Shown: one piece after another, positions 36,810 to 50,600 of the stretch
Numbering within the stretch: position 1 is the stretch's first letter
How the letters are laid out: every line of letters begins with the position of its first letter
Assembly (NCBI GenBank): GCA_040954595.2
Contig: CM082587.2
Span: forward strand, 11,227,403 to 11,291,402
DNA length: 64,000 nucleotides
Direction of reading: 5' to 3'
DNA from: Balanoglossus misakiensis
Taxonomy: Eukaryota > Animalia > Hemichordata
Translations under genes and position numbers: made by a program
The notes under the pieces: generated by a model
What the model saw: only the letters and a program-made list of their open reading frames with translations
What the model was told of the DNA's origin: nothing
The model's database searches: none

Positions 36810-38551
36810 ATAATGGATTTGTCCACTGTGTACTCTTCATGGAAAATATATTGTTCATGGTTCCAAGAATCGAAGTAGATAGTGAAATATAGTCACTTTG
36901 GAACAGTATTTTTGAAACAGTGCGACGTTTCGATCCGACTACAACGGAGCTTGATCACGCAATGGTGTTAATTATTCAGCGTTGATGTCTCAGCAACAGG
37001 CGGAAAGATCGTACGATGGGAAAACCACAAGAAGTTCAACGTCCGTTGTTTTCGGCAAAACATCACGCCGACCAGCATAAAGCTCAACTCTAACGTTACC
37101 GGAAAACAAGCTGACAAGATCGTGGCCAAAGCTGAGAAACAACTCATTAATGTCCGCATTCGCCAGTGCACATATACCATCATAAAACTGGGGGACAAAC
37201 TAGATGAACATCAAAAGCAACTTGACGCCATCCTGAATTCCAACGAACAAGTGTAGGTGTGGGGACTCTTAGACTCGGTGCATCGTAACACCTATGAAGA
37301 CACTAAAGCTAGGCAAATGGTCAAGTTTGAAAACCTGAGGAAAAAGAAACAAGAGAAGCACACAGTGAGTAACACCAGTGTAAACACAGATAGATGGGTA
37401 GTCAATCTGAGCAACAGACAGCTAAATGCTAATGAAATCTCCATTCTGAAAAAGGGACTGAACTTTGCGATAACACCAACCGAGGTACCAGTTGCTGAGA
37501 TCATCGCTGGTACAGAGACAGTATGCAGTAAGCTCTAAGAAACCAAAGCAGCTGAGTTGAGAAGTGAAGTGGTACGAGTAGTAAAGCGGGCCAAAATATC
37601 CAAATCCAACATAACGAAGGAAGAGCGACATGCCCTACAAATATTACGTAAAGACGAGTCCATCATTGTACTACCAGCTGACAAAGGCAGGGCAACAGTG
37701 TTGATGAACATGGCTGACTATAAAAAGAAAATTAACACTCTATTGTCTGACAACAACACCTATAAGACACTAAAGAAAGATCCCACTTCCAGATACAAGA
37801 CCAAATTAGTTAACATGTTGAGAGATATCAGGAAAGAAGGCAACATTAGTGACAAACTATACTGGAAACTGTACCCCAACTCTGAAGAAGCACCCAAACT
37901 GTACGGAACACCAAAAATACACTAACCAGTCGCACCACTTCGACCCATTGTGTCTACCTGTGGCAGCATCACTTACAACGTTGCGCGCCATCTAGCTGAA
38001 GTCCTTACACCACTTGTCAGTAACACAGTACACAGTATTAAAAACAGTAAAGAACTGGTAGACAAGCTGAAAGATCTGCGAATTTCACCTGGCCAAAAAC
38101 TGGTCTCCTATGATGTCACAGCCTTGTTCACTAGTGTCCCAGTAGACCAAGCACTAGAAGTCACTCAAAACAAACTCAAGACAGATGACACCCTCAGCAA
38201 CCGATCAGAACTCACTGTAGAACAAATAACCAAGTTATTGGAGTTCTGTCTGAAAACCACGTATTTTGTGTATGATGGGACATTCTACCAACAAACCCAT
38301 GGAGCTGCAATGGGGTCACCAGTGTCACCCATTGTAGCGAACTTATACATGGAGTACTTTGAAGACCGTGCTATCTCCACAGCCCCCTACCCACCATCAT
38401 TGTGGCTGCGATACGTGGATGACACCTTTGTGAATACAGATGAACAGGCGGTAGACTCACTGACACAACATATAAACAGTATAGATCCTCATATTCAATT
38501 CACCATAGAACCAGAATCAGATAAGAAATTGCCTTTCCTCGACCTCTGCGT
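36810..38551 (+). mobile_element. Penelope-like retroelement, decayed RT ORF (~36990-38551), 3'-truncated by a TIR element
   Basis: WVVNLS, LKKGLNFA, VLPADKGRATV, PKLYGTPKIH, LVSYDVTALFTSVP, GAAMGSPVSP, WLRYVDD and KLPFLD, with several stops. Confidence 0.9.
36918..36964 (-). ncRNA. Minimal type I hammerhead-ribozyme motif (G3-C8 variant) in the inverted Penelope pseudo-LTR
   Basis: Minus strand reads cattgc GTGATCA a gctccg-ttgtagt-cggatc GAAA cg TC gcactg. Stem I has 5/6 pairs, stem II 5/6 pairs, and stem III is the palindromic acgt type. Confidence 0.65.
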
Positions 38552-40278
38552 CTGTATCACCCCAATATGTAATAATTAACCCAATGTGTAATACAAACCC
38601 AATATGTAATAACACTTAACCCAATATGTAATACTAACCCAATTTGTAATAACACTTAACCCAATATGTAATAAACTTTAATTCTACATGTAATAAACGT
38701 TATCAGCTAGCTGCATATGTAATAAGCGTTAACCCTATATGTTATAGACTTGAATTTTACATGAAATAACGTTAATTCTACATGAAAAAATACGTTATTA
38801 GTTAACCCTATATCTAATAAACTTTATTTCTACATGAAATAACGTTAATTCTACATGAAAAAAACGTTATTAGTTAACCCTATATGTAATAAACTTTAAC
38901 CCTGTATGTAATAAACTTTAACACAATATGTAACACTAACCCAATATGTAATACCACTTAAACCAATATGTAACACTAACTCAATATGTAATAACACTTT
39001 AACCCAATATGTAATACTAACCCAATATGTAAGAACACCTTAACCCAATATGTAATGCTAACCCAATATGTAATAACACTTTAACCCAATATGTAATAAC
39101 ACTGCCCTAATGTGTTTGAATTATATTAACCCAATAGAGTTGAAGTAAAACTCAAGTCTTTATAAAAGTAGTGAAATCAAGTTGTGTACGCATGTGTGAC
39201 ATGAAAATATTGTCTCAGATGGAAGCTCCCAGACATATACAGAGAATACCCAGGACACATAATTGACATGGAAAATTTCCAAATTTTAGACAGAGAATCT
39301 GATGTATTAATGAAACCATATACATCAGGACACTTCAACCCTCACTTGTACAGATGGGGACAAGGGGGGTTACACTTTACCATCCGTGCACACTACTTGC
39401 CCGTCAAAAGTGAAACAGATACTTATATTGAATGCCTTACGCGTCAAGTATACCTTTCTTAATTTTGAAGTCCAAAAGCGGGGGGGGGGGGGGGGGGTGG
39501 GGTCATCTTTTAAAAAAAAAAAAACGTTTAGGGGGTTCACATACTTATGCCACAAAACTTGTGCTTTTGAGTCCACAAAATGCAGTTTCGCACCCTTTAT
39601 ATTACAAAATTTTCTAATCCCCAGCGTACCCCCGTGGCCTCCCCACCTCGGGTGATACGGGACAAATGTGGCGAATTAGCCCGGTGGTTGCAGTCCCCTA
39701 GTGGGTGGATCCGTATACTAACAGCCGATAGTAATAGTTTTGCGAAATATAGCATAAAGCTAGAGGTTCAAACAGCAACATTTTACCTTGATTTCATGTG
39801 GAAGTAAAGGTTAGGTAAATCTATCACTATGTTAACTTTACGAGGACTATCAAATGCTACCGGAACTTGCAAGTAATTCGTTGAGTTAAGCGGGAAGTAT
39901 GTTAATCAATAGGGTTTCCCCCTCTATCACCACCTCTATTGAAAATAGATGAAATAATATTATGGTCTTTTCCCAGAAAGACAAATATACCCCCCCCCCC
40001 CCTTTCTTCGTATAAAAAATACAAGCCACCATTATTACATATTGGGTTAATGAAAAACACTGATTTTAGTTTCAAAAATGTTTAGTAAGGATTCCAATTC
40101 ATATACAGATATAATTTCATATTGATTTGGTGTATTTCATTTAGCTTAGCATTAAAATACATTAGGGCAGTGTTATTACATATTGGGTTAAGGTGTTATT
40201 ACATATTGGGTTAACGTTTATTACATATAGGGTTAGTGTTACATATTGGGTTAATTATTACATATTGGGGTGATGCAG
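38552..40278. mobile_element. Unclassified non-autonomous TIR/foldback-type element with aacccaatatgtaata subterminal arrays
   Basis: Ends ctgtatcaccccaatatgtaataattaaccc / gggttaattattacatattggggtgatgcag. The ~20-bp motif arrays are inverted at the two ends. The flanks are unrelated, so there is no TSD. Confidence 0.85.
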
Positions 40279-43200
40279 CTAACGAACGCTAGTGTCTGTC
40301 ATAGTGTGCCGGGGTTTTAGTCGAGCCAAGCCATAGAAAATCTGACTTGATCACCGTTGCTAACGTACGCTAGTGTCTGTCATATTGTGACGGAGAGTTA
40401 GCCGAGCCAGGCTGAGAAAAATCGACTTGTTCAACGTTACCAGTGTGCAACTGTTTCTGCTCTAGAGTGTCAGGGTTTTAGCCGACTTATGCTGTAGGAA
40501 ATCTGAGTTGATGAGCCGGAATTCAATGTTAGAAAACCCGTGTGGAAAGTATCTCTACTCGTTTGAAACTAAGAAAAGAATGTATTCTTATTTATTTTGT
40601 AAAAAAGACAATTTTTTGAAAAAAAGTCAAAAATGGTAATTTTGTCTTGGGTGATTCAAATTATACCGCCTTTGCCGGAATTTGCAGCTCTTTTTACAAG
40701 AGAACGACACTTCATGCTCCATAATATTTCCGAAAATGAAGAAAAGAGTTAATTTTTTATGATTTTTTAAAAATTTACCATTTTTGTCAAAATATGGCCA
40801 AAATGACCTTTTTTTCTTGAATTCCGTAAATATCTCTGCATTTTTGGAGTGGTCGAAAGTTTTAACATACAATCAACATGTCATATATAATCAGGGCACC
40901 GAATTCGAAGAACAGTTAAAGCTTTTTTATTTTTTTTTCTAAAAATGACATTTTCAAGCAAAATTTCATAACATGCAATTTTGTCTGCAGTGAGCCAAAT
41001 TAGACTGTCTTTTGTGGAATTTGTATCGATATATACATAAGGGCATTCTGTACTCCATCAGATTACCGAAAATGTAGAAAACAGTTATTTTTCGTAATTT
41101 TCAAAAATTTACCATTTTTGACCAAAATGTGGCTAAAATGGTTATTTTTGTCTTGAATGCCGCCAGTGTCACTGCTTTTAAGAGTCATAAAAACGTTTAA
41201 CATACAGGCAATTGTTTATATATGATCAGGTCACCGAATTAAAAAAATAATGAAGTTTTGCCTATAAATAACCTTTTTTGTGCAAAAATGAATAAAACGC
41301 AATTTTGTATTAAATCAGCTCATTCAGAGTGCATTTTTTAGAATCAGCACCATTTTATGGACATTTCATACATCATCAGATATCCAAATATGAAAAAATG
41401 ATTTAGATTTTAGATGATTGTCCAAAATTATCTGATATCTAATAAATGTAGTATTGAACCGTTCTGTTTGCCCCCCCCCTTACATTATATGCGGTACGCC
41501 GATGTCAGCTTACCCGACAGTACTGCAGGCCGTGCCCCCAACTAACGTCGGTGTTTGAAACGCCCTGGTTAAATTCGGGCTTTCTCTATAAATTGACAGG
41601 CAATAATGCAGTCCTACCCGAACAACCCGCTGTGACTTTCCCTCTTCGGTTTGCCCGACTTAGCCAACGTCTTTGTACTAGAGTGTCGGGTCCTTTGCAG
41701 AGCCAGGCCGAAGGAAATCCGACTTGATCACCGTTGCTAACGAACGCCAGTGTCTGTCATGGTGTGCCGGGGTTTTAGTCGAGCCAGGCCGTAGGAGATC
41801 AGACTTGATCATCGTGGTCAATGTACGCGTGTTTCCGCTCTAAAGTGCCGGGGCTTCAGCTAAACCAGGCCGTAGGAAATCCGACGTAATCACCGTTGAT
41901 AACTTACGCCAGTCTGTGTCATATAGAGCCGGTGCACCAGCCGAGTCACGCCGTAGGAAATCTGACTTGATCAACGTCGTCAATGTACGCTTGTTTCTGC
42001 TCTAGAGTGCCGGGGCTTCAGCTGAGCCAGGCCGTAGGAAACCCGACGTGATTACCGTGTTAACTTACACCAGTCTGTGTCCTATATATAGAGCCGGTGC
42101 ACCAGCCGAGTCACGCCGTAGGAAATCTGACTTGATCAACGTGGTCAATTTACGCCTGTTTCTGCTCTAGAGTGCCGGGGCTTCAGCTGAGCCAGGCCGT
42201 AGGAAACCCGACGTGATTACCGTTGTTAACTTACGCCAGTCTGTGTCCTATATATAGTGCCGGGGCATCAGCCGTGCCAGGCCGAAGGAAATGTGAGTAG
42301 ATCAACGTGGTCTCTGTACGCGTGTTTCTGCTCTAGAGTGCCAGGGCTTTAGCCAAGCCATGCCGTAGGAAATCTGACTTGATCAACTTTGCTAACGAAC
42401 GCTAGTGTCTGTCATAGTGTACCGGGGTTTTAGTCGAGCCAAGCCGTAGGAGATCAGACTTGATCAACGTGGTCTCTGTACGCGTGTTTCTGCTCTAGAG
42501 TGCCGGGGCTTTATCTAAGCAATGCCGTAGAAAATCTGACTTGATCACCGTTGCTAACGTACGCTAGTGTCTGTCATATTGTGACGGAGATTTAGCTGAG
42601 CCAGGCCGTAGAAAAATCGACTTGTTCAACGTTACCAGTGTGCAACTGTTTCTGCTCTAGAGTGTCAGGGTTTTAGCCGACTTATGCTGTAGGAAATCTG
42701 AGTTGATAAACGGGAATTCAATAAACGCAATTTTGTATTAAATCAGCTCATTCAGAGTGCATTTTTTATAATCAGCACCATTTTTACATGTAATGGACAT
42801 TTCATACATCATCAGATATCCAAATATGAAAACATGATTTAGATTTTAGATGATTGTCCAAAATTAGCTGATATCTAATAAATGTAGTATTGAACCGTTC
42901 TGTCCCCCCTACATTATATGCGGTACGCCGATGTCAGCTTACCCGACAGTACTGCAGGCCGTGCCCCCAACTAACGTCGGTGTTTGAAACGCCCTGGTTA
43001 AATTCGGGCTTTTTCTATAAATTGATAGGCAATAATGCAGTCCTACCCGAACAAATGTCGATTGTTGACCCGCTGTGACTTTCCCTCTTCGGTTTGCCCG
43101 ACTTAGCCAACGTCTTTGTACTAGAGTGTCGTGTCTTTTTCGAAGCCAGGCCGAAGGAAATCCGACTTGATCACCGTTGCTAACGAACGCTAGTGTCTGT

Positions 43201-44589
43201 CATGGTGTGCCGGGGTTTTAGTCGAGCCAGGCCGTAGGAGATCTGACTTGATCAACGTGGTCAATGTACGCCTGTTTCTGCTCTAGAGTGCTGGGGCTTC
43301 AGCTGAGCCAGGCCGTAGGAAACCCGACGTGATTACCGTTGTTAACTTACGCCAGTCTGTGTCCTATATATAGTGCCGGGGCGTCAGCCGTGCCAGGCCG
43401 AAGGAAATCCGACTTGATCCCCGTTGCTAACGAACGCTAGTTTCTGTCATGGTGTGCCGGGGTTTTAGTCGAGCCAGGCCGTAGGAGATCTGACTTGATC
43501 ATCGTGGTCAATGTACGCGTGTTTCCGCTCTAAATTGCCGGGGCTTCAGCTAAACCAGGCCGTAGGAAATCCGACGTAATCACCGTTGATAACTTACGCC
43601 AGTCTGTGTCATATAGGGCCGGTGCACCAGCCGAGTCACGCCGTAGGAAATCTGACTTGATCAACGTGGCCAATGTACGCCTGTTTCTGCTCTAGAGTGC
43701 CGGGGCTTCAGCTGAGCCAGGCCGTAGGAAACCCGACGTGATTACCGTTGTTAACTTACGCCAGTCTGTGTCCTATATATAGTGCCGGGGCATCAGCCGT
43801 GCCAGGCCGAAGGAAATGTGAGTAGATCAACGTGGTCTCTGTACGCGTGTTTCTGCTCTAGAGTGCCAGGGATTTAGCCAAGCCATGCCGTAGGAAATCT
43901 GACTTGATCAACGTTGCTAACGAACGCTAGTGTCTGTCATAGTGTGCCGGGGTTTTAGTCGAGCCAAGCCTTAGGAGATCAGACTTGATCAGCGTGGTCT
44001 CTGTACGCGTGTTTCTGCTCTAGAGTGCCGGGGCTTTATCCAAGCCATGCCGTAGAAAATCTGACTTGATCACCGTTGCTAACGTACGCTAGTGTCTGTC
44101 ATATTGTGACGGAGATTTAGCCGAGCCAGGCCGTAGAAAAATCGACTTGTTCAACGTTACCAGTGTGCAACTGTTTCTGCTCTAGAGTGTCAGGGTTTTA
44201 GCCGACTTATGCTGTAGGAAATCTGAGTTGATGAACGGGAATTTAATGTTAGAAAACCCGTGTGGAAAGTATCTCTACCCGTTTGAAACTAAGAAAAGAA
44301 TTTATTCTTATTTTTTTTGTAAAAAAGACAATTTTTCGAAAAAAAGTCGAAAATGGTAATTTTGTCTTGGGTGATTCAAATTATACCGCCTTTTCTGGAA
44401 TTTGCAGCACTTTTTACAAGAGAACGACACTTTATGCTCCATAATATTTCCGAAAATGAAGAAAAGAGTTAATTTTTATGATTTTTTAAAAATTTACCAT
44501 TTTTGTCAAAATATGGCCAAAATGGCTATTTTTTCTTGAATTCCGTCAATATCTCTACATTTTTGGAGTGGTCGAAAGTTTTAACATAC
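40279..44589 (+). repeat. Macrosatellite, forward orientation, with internal deletions and duplications
   Basis: Same unit. The AT-rich block is deleted at ~42720, and there are extra 81-bp subunits at ~42060-42220 and ~43400-43560. Confidence 0.93.
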
Positions 44590-45265
44590 TGTGACGGAAC
44601 GGTCGGTCACCATGGTGATATAACTTTTGATTGACAGAGCCGTCTACCTCCACGTGGTAGACATACATCTCTTTGATATACTCAGCATTTGTAGGTCGAA
44701 CACATTATATTCGAAATAGGTCTCGACATGCGATATTAAGTCATGTTCTAGACGACAAGGACCCGCATTTCGTGTCAGCTATTATTATTTTAATTACTAC
44801 CAGAAACGGCGCGAAATATGCAAATCAAAAGTTGGTAGTTAGCCTAGTTTTGAGGGTTTTCAGTCAGTGTGGCCCAAGACTTCGTTAGAGACAGACCGTG
44901 TGGTAAGCAGCCCTTTTGATGTGCGCTTATACGATATCTTCGTAATAAAGTTGAACTGTTGTAGTTCTAAAAGTATTTCGTTGTATCGATGTTGATGTTC
45001 TTGTGGACTGTGGGTCGTTAAGCCCACGGATAGTACCACTCTCTCTCATAGTGTGACACGAACCCAATTATTCGTTAATCTGAGAGAAAAACTTAGCAGT
45101 TCTCCGATCCAGTGAGGAGCGACTGTTACATTGGTGGCAGCGGTGGGATGATTGTCGTGCTGAGAGAAACCTCAACCTCCTTCAGGTAATTACAGAGACG
45201 CAACTAGATTTCGTTGTCTGGTAGGACAACGCATCGCACATTGCGGTTTACCACACCGTGATTTA

Positions 45266-47664
45266 TTGGAAATGGCAACGGAGATTGCGACCGGAGAGAC
45301 GTTGGCCGACATCGAGCCTCCAACCGACAGTACCGACGATGTCATCTCCTTCCAACCGAGGTTACAATCGTCGCGGGAACAGCCTGCAACCCCGACCGCC
45401 TCAGACCAGAGTCCACACCGAGAAAGCGGGTACGACTCCGGCAATTTCTCCACACCAGGGCGCCGACCGTTGGGAACCTTGAGGTGGGTTTTCGATGCGG
45501 TCAAGGGCAGCATTCGTAAAGGCCTGGGCCAGCAGAACGACGCAACAGACTTTGACAGAGATATTCAACCTCCTAAAATAGAGACCGACATTGATTGTCA
45601 CGTCCCTATTGGAACAGAATCAACGGGCGCTGTTGTCAGCCACGACGCAAGGGCGCCGACGCACGAAGAAACTACGTCTCACACAGACGAAACCGAAAAA
45701 GCTGCACAGCCGACGGGCGACGACATGCCCGTACATCAAACAAGCAGTCAAACTCGTACTCGACACGCAGTTTCGGAAGCAACGTTCAGTGAGCAACAAC
45801 TTTATGAGGACGACGGAACTCATCATCAACAAGTTGCAGCGCAACAAAGGGGAACAGTTCGCGACGCCTTATACATCCCAACGGCGAGTGATAGACAAAT
45901 TCAACAGGGAGCCAGACCAAAGAGAAAAGCCGACAACGCCCACTTTTCTCTTGAAGAAGCAGACCACTATGTAGGTAGGCATGAACAGCTTTGGACTCAG
46001 AGTACACCATACGAAAACTCTGACCAACAGTTGTTTGGCCCCAATTTAATCTGTCTTCCTTCCGAACAACGATACCCTCTACCAGCCAATGTTGCACGTA
46101 CACCTGCATTACCAACAAATGGTCGGACAGCAGATCGTGGTTGGAACAGTCCGGCCGCATCAAGAAATACTATATGTCCCAGGTGGTGGACGTCCAACCA
46201 CAACGCCACACAGGGTCGACGGAGCAAATGTATGCTCTTAGCGGGGGGCAAAAACGCCGCCTTGAACGGCCAACAACAGGTAGTTGCCGCCTGCCTGTAA
46301 ACGAAAGAACGGAAAAAAATATCCCCTCTTTACAACCGGATGAACGACGACCTCATACAATGTTGGCAGGCCATTCATCCAATTTCGCCGAGAACTCTTG
46401 GGAGGACGATTTCGCGGGCTACAGACGTGGACAGCTACAACCTGGTCAGCGACAGGGAGTCACCGCGCCAAACAGAGACTGCAGCCCAACCAACACACCT
46501 CCAAGGTACCTCCCATCACAGCATATTGGACGTCAACCTCAGAACTGGCAGGAACATCATATGAACGGGGCTATCAACTCCCTTCATCATCCTCCAGACA
46601 ACGGTGATGTCCGACCGACTGAAGCAAATAGAAAAGGCACATCACAAACGCGACCACGAGAAGAAAGTCAACAATTGGCCGGCACCTTCTATGACGAAAA
46701 GGGACCAGGTCAACACACCGAATACTGGCAAGTAGACCGACCTCGTCCGACCTTGAAACGGGAGTCCCGCCTTGTAGGCAGGAGGCAATTTGAAGAAAGG
46801 GGTTTTACCTTTCCTACAAAACCATCGATTACGCCCGATCGATTTGATGGTCGTACGCAATGGAGAGATTACTTGAAGCATTTTGAGTCATGTGCAACAA
46901 TCAACAGGTGGGAGGACAATCAAAAGGCACAGTTTCTGGCAGCATCGCTACGTGGATCAGCCCAGAAAGTTCTAACACGGGTCCCTAACATCACCGCAGT
47001 TGAGTATAGCACTTTGGTCAAGTTATTAGACCAGCGATATGGGACGTCAGGTCAAGCTGAAAAGTATCTATGGCAATTACGGTGTCGTAAGAAACGAAGA
47101 GACGAATCCATACCTGACTTGGGGCAGGTAATACAGGAACTTACTGAGCTAGCGTATCCGGAACTACCAGCAGAAGCTGTAGATCGACTGGCTCGTCAGT
47201 ATTTTACTGAAGCCATCCCTGATCCGGATATTCGGATGGATTTGCACCGAGAGCGGCCTCGAAGCATGGATGAAGCTATACAGACGGCAGTCTCCATCGA
47301 AGCCTACATCCAAGCAGAAGCAGAAAAGTCTGGTCAAAAGCGACGATATACACGCCACATCGAGTTTGAAGATAATGAAAACGACGCTTGGTTGACTGGC
47401 ATGGAAACACCCCAAGACTTAACTACAATACCAACCCTCATAGCTGCTATGCAAAAGCTACAGCTACAAATGGGTGGAGAACAGAAAAAGCGAGAAGAAA
47501 GGAGCAGACAAGCGAGATGCTTTGGATGCGGCCAACCCGGCCACATCCGCCGACATTGCCCTCATAACCAATCGTCGGGAAACGACAACAGACTGGGCAT
47601 GTGGGCCAATTCCCAGTCTACGAACAACCAAGGGTCCAACAACCCATCCGCCATCACCAACTAG
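45266..47664 (+). pseudogene. gag: Gypsy gag with a long low-complexity N-terminus; frameshift between the 45266 and 46141 frames
   Basis: PDRFDGRTQWRDYLKHFE..INRW..KAQFLAASLRGSA and the CCHC knuckle CFGCGQPGHIRRHC. Confidence 0.88.
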
Positions 47665-50600
47665 CACAACCCACGAGTGACACAACCACCACCAAGCAAT
47701 GGTGGCACCAAATACAGCCAGTGAACAGCAAATGTCAGACAGGGGAGGCACCCCGTGTTCCTTTCCCACCTAACCAACAGCAAGGGAAACCGGCCGATTT
47801 GGGTAAGGTACGGGACAATGCGAACGCCTTCTACCCTGCACGCGTGGTCAACCAAGGGCCATTGCCCGCTGGCAGGACTGTGACGCCGAAGCCTGATTGT
47901 AACATGAAATCAGACTTTGACAAAACCGACCCACCACATCAGGTTAATGCCGATTTACTATCAACACACACTGCAGCTGATGATACAACATTGCAACCAG
48001 CGAAATCAGCCTTCTATGTCTCGGCAGTGATTCATGAGAAACCAGTGGTCTCTTTCATCGACTGTGGTTCAGAAATAACCATAATCTCCGATCGGGTCTA
48101 CAAAGCTATGGCTCCACGCAGCCGCCCTCAGCTACTTCCCATCACGATAGACGCTGTACAGGCGGACGGGGTCACACCACTCACAGCCAGAGGAGAAGCC
48201 GACTTCGTCATCAGAGTCGGCCCAAATAGTACTACTATAAGAGCGATTGTTGCCGACATTAAGGAGGATGTATTGCTAGGCAATGATTACATCCTTACAG
48301 CCCCGGCCGAAATCCGTACTCACTCATTGACATTAGGGTTCCACGAGGGAAGCGTTCCACTGATCGACAGAAGAGGTGGCCACTTGTGCGCTCGGGTGAT
48401 TGCAACAAGAGACACCGCAGTGCCGGCTGGCCATGAACTGCTCGTCACTTGCAAATTGTCCAGGCCACTTGGTCCAGCTCGGCTCGGACAGGTGGAACCA
48501 ACCACACAAAGTAAACTTTCAACTGTAGGGGTCATGGTTGGCAGAGTACTAATTGATGTCCGCCACAAACATGTGCCAGTCCGCATTATGAATGTTGGCC
48601 CGAATGCTCAAATCATTCTGAGGGGAACAGCGATTGCTTTAGCCACCATGGTCGACTTAAGCGAACCACCACGAAATGTCAACAACCTCTGCCCTTCCGA
48701 ATATCAAGCAACAGATGAACCCGTCAGTGCGGTGCCTACACATCTGCAACCCTTGCTAGACGAGAGTATTGCTTCTGTTGGCAGAGACCATGTCAAGAAG
48801 TTGTCTGATTTTCTTAACCGATGGCAAGACGTATTTTCCTGTGACAAAAATGATGTTGGTCGCACCAACGTAACCCAGCATAGCATCTACACAGGAGATC
48901 ACCCACCGATCCGACAGCAACCTAGACGCCAGTCGACATGGGCCCGTAATGAAACGGCGAAGCTCGTCGACGAGATGTTGGAAAAGGGGGTGATTGAACC
49001 AACGGAGTGTCCCTGGGCTGCACCAGTGGTTCTTGTGAAAAAGAGAGACAACAGTACCAGGTTCTGTGTGGACTACCGCCGGCTGAATGACATAAACAGG
49101 AAAGATGCCTATGCCATTCCACGGATAGAGGACAGCATCAATGCTCTTTCTGGTGCAAGATGGTTCAGCACGTTAGACTTGACGAGCGGGTACTGGCAGG
49201 TTGAAAAGTCAGCCTTCACTACCTGGGGTGGGCTCTTCCAATGGAAGGTCATGCCTTTTGGCCTGTACAATGCACCAGCGACATTCCAACGACTTATGGA
49301 ACATGTGCTGTCCGGACTTCAGTGGGACATCCTGCTTCTCTATTTGGACGACATAATTGTGTATTCCTGTACAGTAGACCAGATGCTACAACGATTAGAG
49401 ACGGTCTTTCATCGCCTACGTTGTGCAGGTCTGAAGCTCAAGCCCAGCAAATGTCACCTCTTTCAGCACCAAGTTGAATACTTGGGACATACAGTGTCGG
49501 AACAAGGCGTCGAAACCAGCCCAGACAAGATAAAAGCCGTCAGTGACTGGCCTCCCCCAACCAACGTGCATGAAGTGCGTGGATTTCTCGGCTTAGCATC
49601 CTACTATCGCCGTTTTGTGCCCAACTTCTCCACAGTGTCCAAACCACTGACTCAGTTGACAGCGAAGGGCAGACATTTCGAGTGGGACAGCGAGTGTGAC
49701 TTGGCTTTTGAGACCTTGAAACAGAATTTGACTAACGCCCCTATACTAGCCTACCCTTTACCCGGAGCACCCATGATACTTGATACAGACGCCAGTTTTT
49801 TATGGTATAGGTGCAGTTTTATCACAGATCCAAGATGGTATGGAGCGAGTGATGTGCTATGCCAGTAAAAGCCTCTCAAAGCCAGAACGGAATTATTGTG
49901 TAACACGCAAAGAGTTACTGGCTGTTGTCCACTTTGTCAAACACTTTAAGCCGTACCTGTATGGTCAGCACTTCACCCTCAGGACAGACCACAGTTCTTT
50001 GAGGTGGCTTTTAAACTTCAAGGAACCGGAGGGACAGCTCGCTCGGTGGATGCAAGTGCTCGGTGAATACGACTTCACAATTGAGCACCGTCCAGGAAAG
50101 TAGCATACGAATGCAGACAGCCTATCCAGACGCCCTTGTCAGCAGTGTGGACTGAAGCATGGTTCACAGACTGGTGCAAGTGCCTACTTGAATAGCTGTG
50201 CATCTACCGAAACCCCCAACAGTACATCGACAAGTCGTCAGATGGAAACAACCATTGATGCAGGAACCCAGACCTATGCAGACGACATGACTTTACCAAA
50301 ATCACTCGATGAAACAGCAGATTCCACACAAGCATCGACACGAGGTAATGCGATGGTCACCAGGCAAAGAACAACTGAGCATCTGATCAAAACGGTGACT
50401 TTCAAACTGTGCTGGGACTCTGCCTTCCTTAGACAAGAACAACTCCACGATCCTAACATCCGCCCCGTCTTGACAACACTCGAACAAGACGGTGGTAAAC
50501 CAGATTGGAAGACAGTGTCATCTTGGTCTCCAGCCACTAAAGCATATTGGAATATGTGGGATCAGCTGCGGCTACGCAATGGTGTTTTGTATCGTAATTG

